The notes under the pieces: model-generated
Databases searched by the model: none
What the model was told of the DNA's origin: nothing
Seen by the model: the letters and a program-made list of their open reading frames with translations, nothing else
Made by a program: the position numbers and the translations under genes
Source: an uncultured Candidatus Rokubacteria bacterium
GTDB lineage: Bacteria > Methylomirabilota > Methylomirabilia > Rokubacteriales > DASRDR01
Reading direction: 5' to 3'
Length of the DNA: 64,000 nt
Assembly (NCBI GenBank): GCA_963826115.1
Contig: CAWGVS010000012.1
Span: forward strand, 320,001-384,000
Part shown: positions 22,053 to 35,333 of the stretch, piece after piece
How the letters are laid out: each line of letters opens with the position of its first letter
Position numbering within the stretch: the first letter of the stretch is position 1

Positions 22053-22751
22053 ATGAACATCCGCGAGTTGTCGGTCGAGCCCCGCGACGCCGTCGGGAAG
22101 GGCGCGGTCGGACGCCTCCGCCGGGAGGGCCGGGTCCCCGCCGTCCTCTACGGGGGCGGTAACGCGCCCGTCTCGCTCTCCGTGTCCCCGCTGGACGTGC
22201 AGCGCACGATCCAGGGTCACGGCGGCGGCGGCGTCCTGGTGAACCTGATGCTCCCCGGGAGCACGGAGCCGCGGACCGCGGTGGTGCGCGAGCTCCAGTA
22301 CCATCCCGTCCGCGACACGCTGGTCCACGTCGACTTCCAGGCGGTGCGGATGGACGAGGAGATCACGGTCGAGGTGCCGATCCACGTGGTCGGCGAGGCG
22401 GCGGGCGTCAAGGACCAGAGCGGCGTGCTCGCCCTCCTGCTGCGGACGGTGGAGGTCGCGTGCCTGCCCTCGCTCATTCCTGATCGGATCGACATCGACG
22501 TCTCCGCCCTCCGGATCCACGACGTGGCGACCGTCGCGAACCTGCAGCTGCCGGACGGCGTGCGCGTGACCGCGCCGGCGTCCCAGCCGGTCGTCACCGT
22601 GGCGCCGCCGATGGCTGAGGAGGTCGTGGCGGCCGTGGCCGCGCCGGCGGCGGAGCCCGAGGTCGTCACCGAGCGAAAGCCCAAGGACGAGGACGAGGCC
22701 AAGGGCAAGGACGAGGGCAAGGGCCGGGAGGAGGGCAAGGCCAAGAAGTAG
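22053..22751 (+). CDS. rplY: 50S ribosomal protein L25 (Ctc type)
   Basis: GKGAVGRLRREGRVPAVLYG, HVDF. Confidence 0.96.
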   Translation: MNIRELSVEPRDAVGKGAVGRLRREGRVPAVLYGGGNAPVSLSVSPLDVQRTIQGHGGGGVLVNLMLPGSTEPRTAVVRELQYHPVRDTLVHVDFQAVRMDEEITVEVPIHVVGEAAGVKDQSGVLALLLRTVEVACLPSLIPDRIDIDVSALRIHDVATVANLQLPDGVRVTAPASQPVVTVAPPMAEEVVAAVAAPAAEPEVVTERKPKDEDEAKGKDEGKGREEGKAKK

Positions 22752-22782
22752 GGCCGGGCCGCCGGCGGCGGGACGTGCGCGG

Positions 22783-23349
22783 ATGGCCCCCGCGGGGGGC
22801 GGCGCGGGCTCGACGGCCCGCCTCATCGTGGGCCTCGGGAATCCGGGGTCGGAGTACCGGGACACGCGGCACAACCTCGGGCACCGAGTCGTCGAGGAGC
22901 TGGCGGAGCGCCTCGACGCGCGGTTCCGTCGCCGGGGGCCGGCCCACGTCGCCGAAGCGGAGTGGCGGGAGGCGCCGCTCCACCTCGCGAAGCTCGTGAG
23001 CTTCATGAACGTGAGCGGCCCGCCGGCCGCGCGGCTGCTGCGGCTCCTCGACGTGACGCCGGCGCAGCTGGTGGTCGTGCATGACGACCTGGATCTGCCG
23101 TTCGGCACCGTGCGGACCCGCCTGCGTGGCCGGCATGGGGGCCATCACGGCATGGAGTCGATCCTGAGCACGCTCGGCACCCAGGAGATCCGGCGGGTCA
23201 AGATCGGCGTGGGACGACCCGCCACCCGGGACGAGGTGGTGGACTGGGTGCTGACGGGCTTCTCGGACGAGGAGCAGTCGGCGCTGCCGGAGGTGATCGG
23301 GCGCGCCGCGGATGCGGCGCTGACGCTGGCCGGCGACGCGCGCGCATGA
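22783..23349 (+). CDS. pth: Peptidyl-tRNA hydrolase
   Basis: LIVGLGNPG..Y..TRHN.G, HDDLDL, GGHHG. Confidence 0.96.
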   Translation: MAPAGGGAGSTARLIVGLGNPGSEYRDTRHNLGHRVVEELAERLDARFRRRGPAHVAEAEWREAPLHLAKLVSFMNVSGPPAARLLRLLDVTPAQLVVVHDDLDLPFGTVRTRLRGRHGGHHGMESILSTLGTQEIRRVKIGVGRPATRDEVVDWVLTGFSDEEQSALPEVIGRAADAALTLAGDARA

Positions 23350-23375
23350 CGGGACACGGTGAGAGGGTCCGCGCG

Positions 23376-23404
23376 TGGACACCGCGGGGGCCCCGTGCTA
23401 TAAA
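23376..23404 (+). promoter_or_regulatory. Sigma70 promoter of the rpsU-dnaG-rpoD operon
   Basis: TGGACA-N17-TATAAA with extended TG. Confidence 0.65.
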
Positions 23405-23449
23405 CTATTCGTTTACCCAGCCAACCGGGACGGAAGGGGGGACGCGCAC

Positions 23450-23644
23450 GTGACGAAGGTCATCGTGGAGCCCGACGAGTCCTTCGAGAGCGCGCTCAAG
23501 CGCTTCAAGAAGCAGTGTGAGAAGGCGGGGCTCCTCTCGGAGCTGAAGAAGCGCCAGCACTACGAGAAGCCGAGCGTCAGGCGGAAGCGCAAGGCGCTGG
23601 CAGCTCGTAAGAAGGCCAAGCGACGGGAGCGCTACTCGGACTAA
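23450..23644 (+). CDS. rpsU: 30S ribosomal protein S21
   Basis: [12 protein letters not shown]...HYEKPS. Confidence 0.97.
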   Translation: MTKVIVEPDESFESALKRFKKQCEKAGLLSELKKRQHYEKPSVRRKRKALAARKKAKRRERYSD

Positions 23645-23665
23645 TCCCGAGGTCGGACGGACCAG

Positions 23666-26075
23666 ATGGAGCGGATCCGTGGCGACCTCTTGGGCTGGCA
23701 CCCCTTCCGTAATCTGCTCGCGCGCTTCGCGGCGACGCCGGCCGGACGGGATCGCGCCCGCGCGATCGCGCCGCACTCCGTCCTCTCGACCGTGCGCCAC
23801 GCCCTCCAGGAGACGACCGAGGCGCGCCGCGCCCTGACGGCGGAAGGTCCGCCGCCGTGGGACGGTGCGGGCGACGCCCGTCCCATCCTGGCCGAGGCGG
23901 CGCCGGCGGGCGCCGTCCTCGACGGCGCGGCGCTCGTGCAGCTCGGCGGGCTCCTCGCCACCGCCGCGCGCCTCCGGGCGTACGGCCAGCGCATCCAGGC
24001 GGTCGCGCCCACGCCTCGGCGGCGTCTGGGCCGCCCTCCCGGCCTTCCCCGATCTCGCGGGGACGATCGACGGAGCCCTCGGCCCCGACGGCCGCCTGAC
24101 CGACCGGGCGAGCCCGCGTCTCCGCGCGCTCCGTCGCCAGATCGCCGCCGCGCGGGCCGATCTCCAGGCTCGCGTCGAGCGCCTCCTCGACCACCCTCAC
24201 GTCCAGCCGGCGCTCCAGGAGCGGTACGTCACGCTCCGCAACGGGCGGTACGTCATCCCCGTGCGGGACGAGGCCCGGCGAGCGGTGCGCGGCATCATCC
24301 ACGATCGCTCCCAGAGCGGCGCCACGGTGTTCGTCGAGCCCGAGGAGACGATCCCGCTCAACAACGAGCTCACGCGGCTCTGTCTCGAGGAGCGGGACGA
24401 GGAGCAGCGCGTGCTTGCCGAGCTGACGGACGCCGTGCGGCGGGTGCTGCCGGCGCTCGGCGAGCTCGTGGAGGGGCTCGGCGCGCTCGACCTCGTCTTC
24501 GCGCGCGCCGCGCTGGCGGAGCGGCTCCACGCCACCGAGCCCGAGGTGTCCGCGGGCGGCGACCTCGAGCTCCACCAGGCGCGCCATCCCCTCCTGGTCG
24601 CCCAGCGGTGGAGCGCCGGAGCCGGCGCCGGCGACGTCGTGCCGATCGACCTCCGCGTGCCCGCCGACCGGCCGGGTCTCGTCCTGAGCGGTCCGAATGC
24701 CGGCGGCAAGACGGTCGCGCTCGAGACGGGCGGGCTGCTGGTCCTGATGGCCCAGGCCGGCTGCCACATCCCGGCCGCGCCGGGCAGCCGCGTCCCGCTC
24801 ACCGACCAGGTGCTAGCGGTGATCGGCGACGAGCAGAGCCTCGCCCAGGACCTCTCGACGTTCTCGTCGTTCGTGCGCCAGGTGCGGGAGATCCTGGAGG
24901 TCGCCGGCCCGGGTTCCCTGGTGCTCCTCGACGAGCTCGGGGCCGGCACCGATCCCGCCGAGGGCGCGGCGCTCGGCGCCGCCCTCCTCGAGGCGCTGCT
25001 CGACCGCGGCGCCCGCGTGATCGTCACGACCCACCTCGAGCCGCTCAAGGTCTTCGCCCAGGTGGAGCCGCGACTCCAGAACGCGACCGTCGCGTTCGAC
25101 GCCGAGCGGCTCGAGCCGACGTTCCGCCTGGAGTACGGGCATCCGGGGCCGAGCCACGCCCTCACGATCGGCGAGCGCCTGGGCCTCCCGTCCGACGTCA
25201 TCGCGCGCGCCCGCATGCACGTCGGCGAGGAGACCCGGCGGCTCGAGACCCTCCTCGCGACGCTCGAGGCGCGGACGCGGGACGCGGCGACGCGCAGCGC
25301 CGAAGCGGCCCGGCGCGAGGCGGCCGCGGCAACCGCGCTGGCGACGGCCGCGGCCTCGGCCGAGCGCGCCCGCGTCGAGGCGGGCGACCTCCGGCGGGTA
25401 GCGGAGCAGGAGGCGCAGGCGCTCCTCGCCGACGCCCGGCGTCGGGTCGGCCAGGAGCTCGACCGCCTGAAGACCGACGAGGCGGGCCGGCGCCGCGCCG
25501 CGCAGGAGGCCTACCGCCAGTTGCGGGCCGCCGAGGCCACGCTCCAGCCGGTGCCGACCGCGTCCGACCAGCCCGCGTTCGCCGGCGAGGTCCAGCTCCG
25601 GGGGCTCGGGCTCCGGGGCCGCATCGTCGCGGAGGCCGACGGCCAGGTCACCGTCCAGGCCGGGCACCTCACCGTGAAGGTCGCGCGCAGCGAGATCGAG
25701 CCCGCCCCCGCCCGGACCGCGCGGTCCGCGCCCGCCGTCTCCGTGCCCGTGCGGGAGGACGTGCCGCGCGAGCTTCACCTCCTCGGGCTCACGTCGGACG
25801 AGGCGCGCGCGGCCGTCGAGAAGTTCCTCGATGACGCCGCGCTCGCCGGACACCGCGAGATCCGCCTGATCCACGGCAAGGGCACCGGCGCCCTCCGGCG
25901 CGCGGTGGAAGGCTGTCTCCGGGGCCATCCCCTGGTCGGAAGCTTCCGCCTCGCCGAGCCGGCGGCCGGCGGCGCCGGCGTGACGGTCGCGGTCCTCGAA
26001 GGCGCCGAGGCGGCCGACGGCCTCGCGCGCCGCCGCGGGCCGGGCACCCTCTCGGGGCGGAGGGCCAGCCGGTGA
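23666..26075 (+). CDS. mutS2: Endonuclease MutS2 with a frameshift near 24010
   Basis: N-terminus in the 23666 frame, remainder ([19 protein letters not shown], Smr IHGKGTG) in the 23865 frame; probably a sequencing indel. Confidence 0.9.
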
Positions 26076-27889
26076 AAGTGCCGCCCGAGATCCTCGACGA
26101 GATCCGGGCGCGCGTGGATCTCGTGGATCTGGTGGGGGCGGTGGTGCCGTTGAAGCGCGCGGGCGAGCGCTGGAAAGGGCTCTGCCCCTTCCACCAGGAG
26201 AAGACGCCCTCCTTCACGGTCCATCCGAAACTCCACCTCTTCCACTGCTTCGGGTGCCACGCCGGCGGCGACGCCTTCGAGTTCCTGCGCCGACACGACC
26301 GTCTCGAGTTCCCCGAAGCCGTGCGCCTCCTGGCGGAGCGGGTGGGCGTGCCCCTGCCCGGCCGCGAGGCGACGCCGGAGGCCAGCGCCCGCGACGGGCT
26401 CCTCCAGCTCATGGAGTGGGCGGCCCGCCGCTTCGAGGCCGGGCTCTGGGACGGGCCGGACGCGGCGCGCGCCCGCCAGTACCTCGAGGGCCGCGGCATC
26501 GGCCGCGAGACGGCGCAGGCGTTCCGGCTCGGCTACGCGCCCGAAGGCTGGGACCATCTCCTCGGCGCCGCGCGCAAGGATGGCCATGCCGTCGAGTCGC
26601 TCCTCGCCGCGGGGCTCGTCATCCCCCGGCAGAACGGGCCAGGGCACTACGACCGCTTCCGGGGCCGCCTCATCTTCCCGATCGCGGACACGCAGGGGCG
26701 CGTCATCGCGTTCGGCGGGCGCGGCCTCGCCGGGGAGGAGCCGAAATACCTGAACTCCCCCGAGACGCCGCTCTACCAGAAGGGGCAGACCCTCTACGCG
26801 CTCCACCGCGCGCGCGAGCGCATGACCGACGGGCGGCGCGCGCTCCTGGTCGAGGGCTACGTCGACTGCTTGATGGCCCACCAGTACGGGTTCGGCGAGG
26901 CGGTGGCGGTCCTCGGCACCGCGCTCACGCCGCCCCAGCTCGGGCTCCTCCGCCGCTACGCCGACGAGGCGATCCTCTTCTTCGACGCCGACCGCGCCGG
27001 CCAGGAAGCGGCGCGGCGCGCCGAGGACCTGCTGGAGCGCTCGGCGGATCCCCAGTGGTGGGCGCTCAGCCGGCGCTCGGACACGCTCACGCGCCGGGGC
27101 CTCCGGCTCCGGGTGGCGACCCTCCCGGCGGGCCACGACCCGGACACCTTCCTGCGCGCGGAAGGGGCCGCGGCGCTCGAAGCCGCCTGCCAGGCGGCGC
27201 GTCCTCTCCTCCTCTACGCCCTCGATCGCGTGTTCGCCGAGGAGGACACCGCGAGCCCCCGCGGCCGCGCGACCGGCAGCGCCCGCGTCGCCCTCATGCT
27301 CTCGAAGGTGCAGGACGGCGACGAGGCGATCGAGCTCGGGCGCGAGGCGGCCCGGCGGCTCGGCGTCGACCCGAGCGACCTCTGGCTCCAGGCCCAGCGC
27401 CTGGCCGAGGCGGTCCGCCCCGCGGCGCCGCCGGCCGCGTCGGCCGCGGCCGCGCCGCCGGAGGTCACCTGGTTCGAGCGGGATCTCTGCCAGCTCGTGC
27501 TCCAGGTCCCGGACGCGCGGGCGGCCCTCGTGCCCCTCATCGATCCCGCCGGCATCGCGCACCCGGCCGCGCGGGCGATCCTGACGGCCCTCCGGGACGA
27601 GCCGGCGCTGTCGCCGGAGACCCTCCTCCCGCGCATTCCCGACGAGGGGGCGCGCGTGCTCGTCGCGCGGTGGCTGGTCGAGGAGCGCGAGTGGCCCGAC
27701 CTCGCCGCCGAGGTCGCCGCGCGGCGCCGCCGGCTCGAGCGCCGGCAGGCCCAGCGCCGGGTCCGCGAGATCTCGCAGACGGTGGCCCAATCCGAGGCCG
27801 CCGGCTCCCCGACGGATTTCACCTCGCTTCACGCCGCCATCGGGCAGGAGACGGCTCGCATCCGGGCCGACGCCGGGAGCGGCCCGTGA
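26072..27889 (+). CDS. dnaG: DNA primase
   Basis: [35 protein letters not shown]. Confidence 0.98.
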   Translation: MKVPPEILDEIRARVDLVDLVGAVVPLKRAGERWKGLCPFHQEKTPSFTVHPKLHLFHCFGCHAGGDAFEFLRRHDRLEFPEAVRLLAERVGVPLPGREATPEASARDGLLQLMEWAARRFEAGLWDGPDAARARQYLEGRGIGRETAQAFRLGYAPEGWDHLLGAARKDGHAVESLLAAGLVIPRQNGPGHYDRFRGRLIFPIADTQGRVIAFGGRGLAGEEPKYLNSPETPLYQKGQTLYALHRARERMTDGRRALLVEGYVDCLMAHQYGFGEAVAVLGTALTPPQLGLLRRYADEAILFFDADRAGQEAARRAEDLLERSADPQWWALSRRSDTLTRRGLRLRVATLPAGHDPDTFLRAEGAAALEAACQAARPLLLYALDRVFAEEDTASPRGRATGSARVALMLSKVQDGDEAIELGREAARRLGVDPSDLWLQAQRLAEAVRPAAPPAASAAAAPPEVTWFERDLCQLVLQVPDARAALVPLIDPAGIAHPAARAILTALRDEPALSPETLLPRIPDEGARVLVARWLVEEREWPDLAAEVAARRRRLERRQAQRRVREISQTVAQSEAAGSPTDFTSLHAAIGQETARIRADAGSGP

Positions 27890-27930
27890 CACCTGGTTCG
27901 CCCGAACCCCACGACGGAGGACGCACGTCC

Positions 27931-29682
<1,752 letters not shown>

Positions 29683-29801
29683 GCGCCGCCGGGCGGCCGC
29701 CGTCGTTCGATCCATCCCGCGGGGCGGCGCCCGCGCGGGGCGGCCGTGCGCTCACGCCGGTTTGTCGCTCCGTCCGAAATCTGCTAGCATCACGTGCGTT
29801 C

Positions 29802-29877
29802 GGGCCCATAGCTCAATTGGCAGAGCCGCCGGCTCATAACCGGTCTGGTCCTGGTTCGAGTCCGGGTGGGCCCACCA
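29802..29877 (+). tRNA. tRNA with CAT anticodon, probably tRNA-Ile2 (lysidine)
   Basis: GGGCCCA/TGGGCCC acceptor, CTCATAA loop, CCA end; position after rpoD is typical of ileX. Confidence 0.93.
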
Positions 29878-29884
29878 CTTAGCG

Positions 29885-30592
29885 ATGGATCCACACCTTC
29901 AGCGTCTCCAGGAGCTCCAGGTTCTCGACAGCCGGATCGCCGGCCTCGAGCGGAAGCTCGAGGCGATACCCGGCCGCATCCAGACCATCCGCGACGGACT
30001 CCAGCAGGCGAAGGCGGGCGTGGACGGCATCCGGACCCGGCTCGACGGCGCCCGCAAGGACATGCGCTCCAAGGAGAAGGATCTCGAGTACCAGGGGAGC
30101 CAGCGGAAGAAGCTCGAGGCCAAGCTCTACGAGGTCAAGACCAACAAGGAGTACTCCGCCGCCCTGTCCGAGATCGAGGGATCCAAGGTCGAGAAGAACC
30201 GCATCGAGGAGGAGATCCTGGGTCTGATGGAGCTCCAGGAGCGCCTCGGCCGCGAGGTCGTCGAGGGCGACGCGCGGCTTCGCCCCCATGAGGCGGAGGC
30301 CCGGGTCCAGGAGGCGGCCGCCACCGAGGAGATGCGGGCCCTCGAGGTCGACCTCGAGGGCGCCCGGAGCGAGCGGAAGACCGCGGCCCGCGACGTGCCG
30401 CGGGACGTGCTCGCACAGTACGGCCGGCTCCTCAAGGTGCGCGGCGGGCTGGCGGTGGCGCTGGTCGGGAGCAACGGGATCTGCTCCGGCTGCCGGGTCA
30501 CCCTCACGCCCCAGCGCTTCAACGAGGTCCGGCAGTCCAGCCAGATCTTCGTCTGCGAGAACTGCGGCCGCTTCCTCTACTACCAGCCGTAG
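29885..30592 (+). CDS. C4-type zinc-ribbon coiled-coil protein (DUF164/CT398-like)
   Basis: Long coiled coil, CSGC...CENCGRFLY. Confidence 0.9.
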   Translation: MDPHLQRLQELQVLDSRIAGLERKLEAIPGRIQTIRDGLQQAKAGVDGIRTRLDGARKDMRSKEKDLEYQGSQRKKLEAKLYEVKTNKEYSAALSEIEGSKVEKNRIEEEILGLMELQERLGREVVEGDARLRPHEAEARVQEAAATEEMRALEVDLEGARSERKTAARDVPRDVLAQYGRLLKVRGGLAVALVGSNGICSGCRVTLTPQRFNEVRQSSQIFVCENCGRFLYYQP

Positions 30593-30641
30593 CCCGCATC
30601 CCCACGCCCGGCCGCCGCCGACCGGCGAATCCGTGAGGGCC

Positions 30642-32258
30642 GTGGCCGAGACCCTCGGACCCTTCGACTACGTCGTGGTGGGCGCCGGCAGCGCCGGCTG
30701 CGTGCTCGCGAACCGGCTCTCGGCCGACCCCGCGACCCGCGTGCTCCTTCTCGAGGCCGGGGGCCGGGACAACTACTTCTGGATCTGGATCCCGGTCGGC
30801 TATCTCTTCACGATCAACAACCCCCGGACCGACTGGTGCTTCAAGACCGAGTCCGAGCCCGGCCTCAACGGGCGGTCGCTCAACTACGCGCGCGGAAGGG
30901 TCCTGGGCGGCTGCTCCTCCATCAACGCGATGATCTACATGCGGGGGCAACAGAGCGACTACGACCACTGGGCCACGCTCGGCAACCGCGGCTGGTCGTG
31001 GAAGGAGGTCCTCCCCCACTTCATCCGCGTGGAGGACTACGCGCACGGCGCCGACGAGCTCCACGGCGCCGGCGGCGAGCTCCGGGTCGAGGAGCGGCGC
31101 GTCAGCTGGGAGATCCTCGACGCCTGGCGCGAGGCGGCGGCCGAGTGCGGGATCCCGAAGATCGCCGAGTTCAACCGCGGCGACAACTTCGGCAACGCCT
31201 ACTTCCAGGTCAACCAACGCCGCGGCGTCCGCGTCAACATGGTCCGCGCGTTCCTGCGGCCGGTCCGGCACCGGCCGAACCTGACCGTGCTCACCGACGT
31301 CCACGCGAACCGGGTGACGCTCGAGGGGCCGGGCGGCCTCCGCGCGACCGGCGTCGAGATCCGACGTGCGGACGGCTCGACGGCCGTGGCCCTCGCTCGC
31401 CGCGAGGTCGTCCTCGCCGCGGGGGCGATCGGCTCGCCCCAGCTGCTCCAGCTCTCCGGCATCGGCCCCGGCGAGCTCCTCCAGGCCCACGGCATCCCGG
31501 TGGCCCACGCGCTCCCGGGGGTCGGCGAGAACCTCCACGACCACCTCCAGGTCCGGATGATGTACAAGGTCCGGAACGTCCGGACGCTGAACGAGCGCGC
31601 CAACAGCCTCCTCGGCAAGGGGCTCATGGGCCTCGAGTACTTCCTGTTCCGGACGGGGCCGCTCACGATGCCGCCGTCGCAGCTCGGCGCCTTCGCGAAG
31701 AGCGACCCGGCGCAGCCGAGCGCGAACATCGAGTGGCACGTCCAGCCGCTCAGCCTCGACAAGTTCGGGGAGCCGCTCCATCCCTTCCCGGCGATCACCC
31801 CGTCGGTCTGCAACCTCCGCCCGACGAGCCGGGGCTCCGTGCGAATCGCGAGCCCGGATCCCCGGGCGCACCCCGCCATCCGCGTGAACTACCTCGCCAC
31901 GCCCGAGGACCGGCGCGTCGCCGTCGACGGCATGCGCTTCACCCGGCGGATCATGGCGGCCCGCGCCCTCGCGCGCTACGCGCCGGAGGAATGGAAGCCC
32001 GGCCCCGCCGTCCAGTCCGACGCCGAGCTCCTCCACGCCGCGGGAGACCTCGGCACGACGATCTTCCACCCCGTCGGGACGTGCCGGATGGGGGCGGACC
32101 CGCTCGCGGTCGTGGACGACCGGCTGCGGGTCCACGGCGTCGGCGGGCTCCGCGTCGTCGATGCCTCGGTCATGCCGCGCATCACCTCGGGCAACACCAA
32201 CGCGCCGACCGTGATGATCGCCGAGAAGGGCGCGCAGCTGATCCTGGCGGGCGCCTAG
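30642..32258 (+). CDS. GMC-family oxidoreductase (choline dehydrogenase-like)
   Basis: [38 protein letters not shown]. Confidence 0.93.
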   Translation: MAETLGPFDYVVVGAGSAGCVLANRLSADPATRVLLLEAGGRDNYFWIWIPVGYLFTINNPRTDWCFKTESEPGLNGRSLNYARGRVLGGCSSINAMIYMRGQQSDYDHWATLGNRGWSWKEVLPHFIRVEDYAHGADELHGAGGELRVEERRVSWEILDAWREAAAECGIPKIAEFNRGDNFGNAYFQVNQRRGVRVNMVRAFLRPVRHRPNLTVLTDVHANRVTLEGPGGLRATGVEIRRADGSTAVALARREVVLAAGAIGSPQLLQLSGIGPGELLQAHGIPVAHALPGVGENLHDHLQVRMMYKVRNVRTLNERANSLLGKGLMGLEYFLFRTGPLTMPPSQLGAFAKSDPAQPSANIEWHVQPLSLDKFGEPLHPFPAITPSVCNLRPTSRGSVRIASPDPRAHPAIRVNYLATPEDRRVAVDGMRFTRRIMAARALARYAPEEWKPGPAVQSDAELLHAAGDLGTTIFHPVGTCRMGADPLAVVDDRLRVHGVGGLRVVDASVMPRITSGNTNAPTVMIAEKGAQLILAGA

Positions 32259-32322
32259 GCCACCCGCCCCCGGGCGGGCGCGCGCAGTACAATACGGACG
32301 CGACCCGCTCTTTGACAGACTG

Positions 32323-32723
<401 letters not shown>

Positions 32724-32901
32724 TTTTCTTGTAACGACTCACAGTTACGATGCACCACCTTACAGCGGCGATCGTGAGGGACAGAACGCCCCCGCACGAA
32801 AGCGCGTACCATCAAGAACGCGTGGGGTGCCGACCAGGACCCGCCCTTTTGCATACGGATCGCCCGGCCTCGGCGCTGGCAGGGACGGGCGAGGTGACCC
32901 A

Positions 32902-33891
32902 GTGATTGACCGCCGCGCCGTGGTTGCAGGCCTTGCCCTAGGGACCCTGATGGCGCCCGGCGCTGCCCGTACCCAGCCCGCGCGCAAGATCTACCGCATC
33001 GGGATCCTCGGCAATTTCGAGGTGTCTGACGCGGCCGGGCCCCAGCCACGGAACCCTTCCACCAGCGCGTTCCTGCGCGGCTTGCGTGAGCTCGGTTACG
33101 TGTACGGCGAGCATTTCGTGACCGAGCCTCGCGGGAGCGGGGGCAATCCCTCGCGCTTCGCCGGCCTCGCCGCCGAGTTGGTCCGTCTGCAGGTAGACGT
33201 GATCGTTTCGGGCCCCGCGCTCCCTGCGCTGAAGCAGGCCACCTCGACGATCCCCATCGTCATGGCGGCGGCCGGCGACCCAGTGGGCTCGGGGTATATC
33301 CACAGCCTCGGACATCCGGGCAGGAACTTCACGGGGTTGAGCCTTCAGTCGGTAGAGACGACCGCGAAGCGTCTCGAGGTGGTCAAGCAGCTCGTCCCAG
33401 GTGTCGCGCCCGTGGCGTTCATCTGGGAGCCGAGCAGCTTCTTGTACTGGCAGGCGGCCGAAGCCGCCGCCCAGGGGCGGGGGTGGAAGCTCGTGTCGCT
33501 CGAGATTCGAGACGCTGGCGCGATCGAGGAAGCATTCAAGGCGGCCACTGACGCCCGTGCGGGCACGCTCGTCGTGAGTGGCGCTGGGGTCCTCTTCCCC
33601 CAAGCCCGGCGAGTCGCGGAGCTCGCCGCCAAGCACCAGCTCCCTGCCATGTATGAGCTCCGGGCGTATGTCGAGGCCGGGGGCCTGATCTCCTATGGCC
33701 CCGACATCATCGACATTTGGCGCCGCGCGGCCGGCTATGTAGACAAGATAATAAGGGGCGCCAGGCCTGCCGACCTGCCGGTCGAGCAGCCGACAAAGTT
33801 CGAACTGCTGATAAACCTGAAGGCGGCGAAAGCGCTCGGCCTCACGATCCCGCCCTCGGTGCTGGCGCGGGCGGACGAGGTCATCCAGTAG
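32902..33891 (+). CDS. Orphan ABC transporter substrate-binding protein (ABC_sub_bind type)
   Basis: RR signal-like start, ELVRLQVDVI, TIPIVM, GLISYG, PADLPVEQPTKFEL. Confidence 0.9.
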   Translation: MIDRRAVVAGLALGTLMAPGAARTQPARKIYRIGILGNFEVSDAAGPQPRNPSTSAFLRGLRELGYVYGEHFVTEPRGSGGNPSRFAGLAAELVRLQVDVIVSGPALPALKQATSTIPIVMAAAGDPVGSGYIHSLGHPGRNFTGLSLQSVETTAKRLEVVKQLVPGVAPVAFIWEPSSFLYWQAAEAAAQGRGWKLVSLEIRDAGAIEEAFKAATDARAGTLVVSGAGVLFPQARRVAELAAKHQLPAMYELRAYVEAGGLISYGPDIIDIWRRAAGYVDKIIRGARPADLPVEQPTKFELLINLKAAKALGLTIPPSVLARADEVIQ

Positions 33892-34862
33892 TGGACCGGC
33901 GAGTCTTTCTCGGCACGGTTAGCCTTAGCTTCTTCGTCGCGCCGCTCGTCCCAGACGCGCAGCCGACGGGAAGGAATCCCCGCATCGGCATCCTTCGCCC
34001 TGGCTCGCCGCCCGATCCCCTTCTTGACGCGTTCCGGCAGGGCCTTCGCGAGCTCGGCTACGAAGAGGGGCGCAACATCAGCATCGAATACCGATGGGCG
34101 GAGGGACGGGACGAACGGCTCCCGGGCCTGGCCGCCGACCTTGTTCGCCTCAAGGTGGACGTCATTGTCGCGGGCGCAGGGGCCGTGGAGGCGGCCAAGC
34201 ACGCCACCACCACGATTCCCATCGTCATGCCGGTCTCCGGCGACCCCGTGAGGGCCGGCCTCGTCGCGAGCCTCGCGCGTCCCGGTGGAAACATCACGGG
34301 GTTGACGTCTCTCTCTGGCGAGTTGCCCGGCAAGTGGATGGAACTCCTGAAGGAGATCCTCCCTCGGGTCTCTCTTCTCGCCGTCCTCTGGGATCCCGCG
34401 AGCGATCCGAGCCAAGTGAAAACCTCGGAGATCGCGGCTCGGTCTCTGGGCGTGCGCCTTCACGTGCTGAAGGTGGGTCGCGGAGGCGACTTCGAGCCCG
34501 CGTTGGCCGACGCGAGGAACCATGACGCGGGGGCGCTCATCGTCTTGGGCTCGCCATTCTTCTATGTGCACAGAACCCGCCTCGTCGAACTCGCGGCCAA
34601 GCGGCGGCTGCCGACAATCTATGCTCAGCGGGAGTTCGTCGTGGGTTCCGGCGGCCTCATGTCCTATGGAACCGACTTCCATCATCAGTTCCGGCGGGCC
34701 GCCACCTACGTAGACAAGATCCTGAAGGGCGCCAAGCCCGCGGACCTGCCAGTGGAGCAGCCCACGAAGTTCGAGATGGTGATCAACCTGAAGACCGCGA
34801 AGGCGCTCGGCCTCACGATCCCGCCCTCGGTGCTGGCGCGGGCGGATGAGGTGATCCAATGA
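33891..34862 (+). CDS. Orphan ABC transporter substrate-binding protein, copy 2
   Basis: Same family; SLARPGGNITG, PADLPVEQPTKFEMVINLKTA; GTG overlaps the previous stop. Confidence 0.9.
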   Translation: MDRRVFLGTVSLSFFVAPLVPDAQPTGRNPRIGILRPGSPPDPLLDAFRQGLRELGYEEGRNISIEYRWAEGRDERLPGLAADLVRLKVDVIVAGAGAVEAAKHATTTIPIVMPVSGDPVRAGLVASLARPGGNITGLTSLSGELPGKWMELLKEILPRVSLLAVLWDPASDPSQVKTSEIAARSLGVRLHVLKVGRGGDFEPALADARNHDAGALIVLGSPFFYVHRTRLVELAAKRRLPTIYAQREFVVGSGGLMSYGTDFHHQFRRAATYVDKILKGAKPADLPVEQPTKFEMVINLKTAKALGLTIPPSVLARADEVIQ

Positions 34863-35140
34863 TAGGCCGGCGAGCCTGGCTGGCCGGCTCCCTCGGCCTG
34901 TTCGCTGCGGCACCCCGCGTCCAAGCGCAGACGGGTAACATCTACCGGATCGGGTATCTGACGGTCAACCCGGTGAACGCGCAGAACTCGTCCTCGAACC
35001 CCGGACGATTCCTCCGAGGGCTGCGTGAGCTCGGTTACATTGAGGGTCGCGACATCGTGGTCGAATACCGCAATGCTGGCGGCCGCCCCGAGCAACTCTT
35101 CGACCGGGCGTCGGAGCTCGTTCGGCTCAACGTCGATGCG
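34859..35140 (+). pseudogene. Truncated third ABC substrate-binding protein gene
   Basis: MIGRR...GLRELGYIEGRDIVVEYR...ELVRLNVD, then unrelated sequence. Confidence 0.8.
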
Positions 35141-35333
35141 CTGCCTGGGCCGACGGCTCCGTCCATCGCGCCGCTCATTCTAGCCAGGTCCCGCCCTCCG
35201 GCGCCAGGGCCGCCGAGCCTGATGGCCAGAGGCATGCACAGGCGGAAAGGCCGGCGCTCCGATCCCAGTTTCAGGGCATCCGATGCGAGTCGCCCGGAGA
35301 CCCGGCGACGCTGGCGGACGAGCCTCGGGCGGG

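Noticed and set aside
26254-27930. Apparent 1142-aa RpoD with a long N-terminal extension
   Set aside because: The extension overlaps dnaG out of frame; the true start is ATG 27931 with a GGAGG RBS
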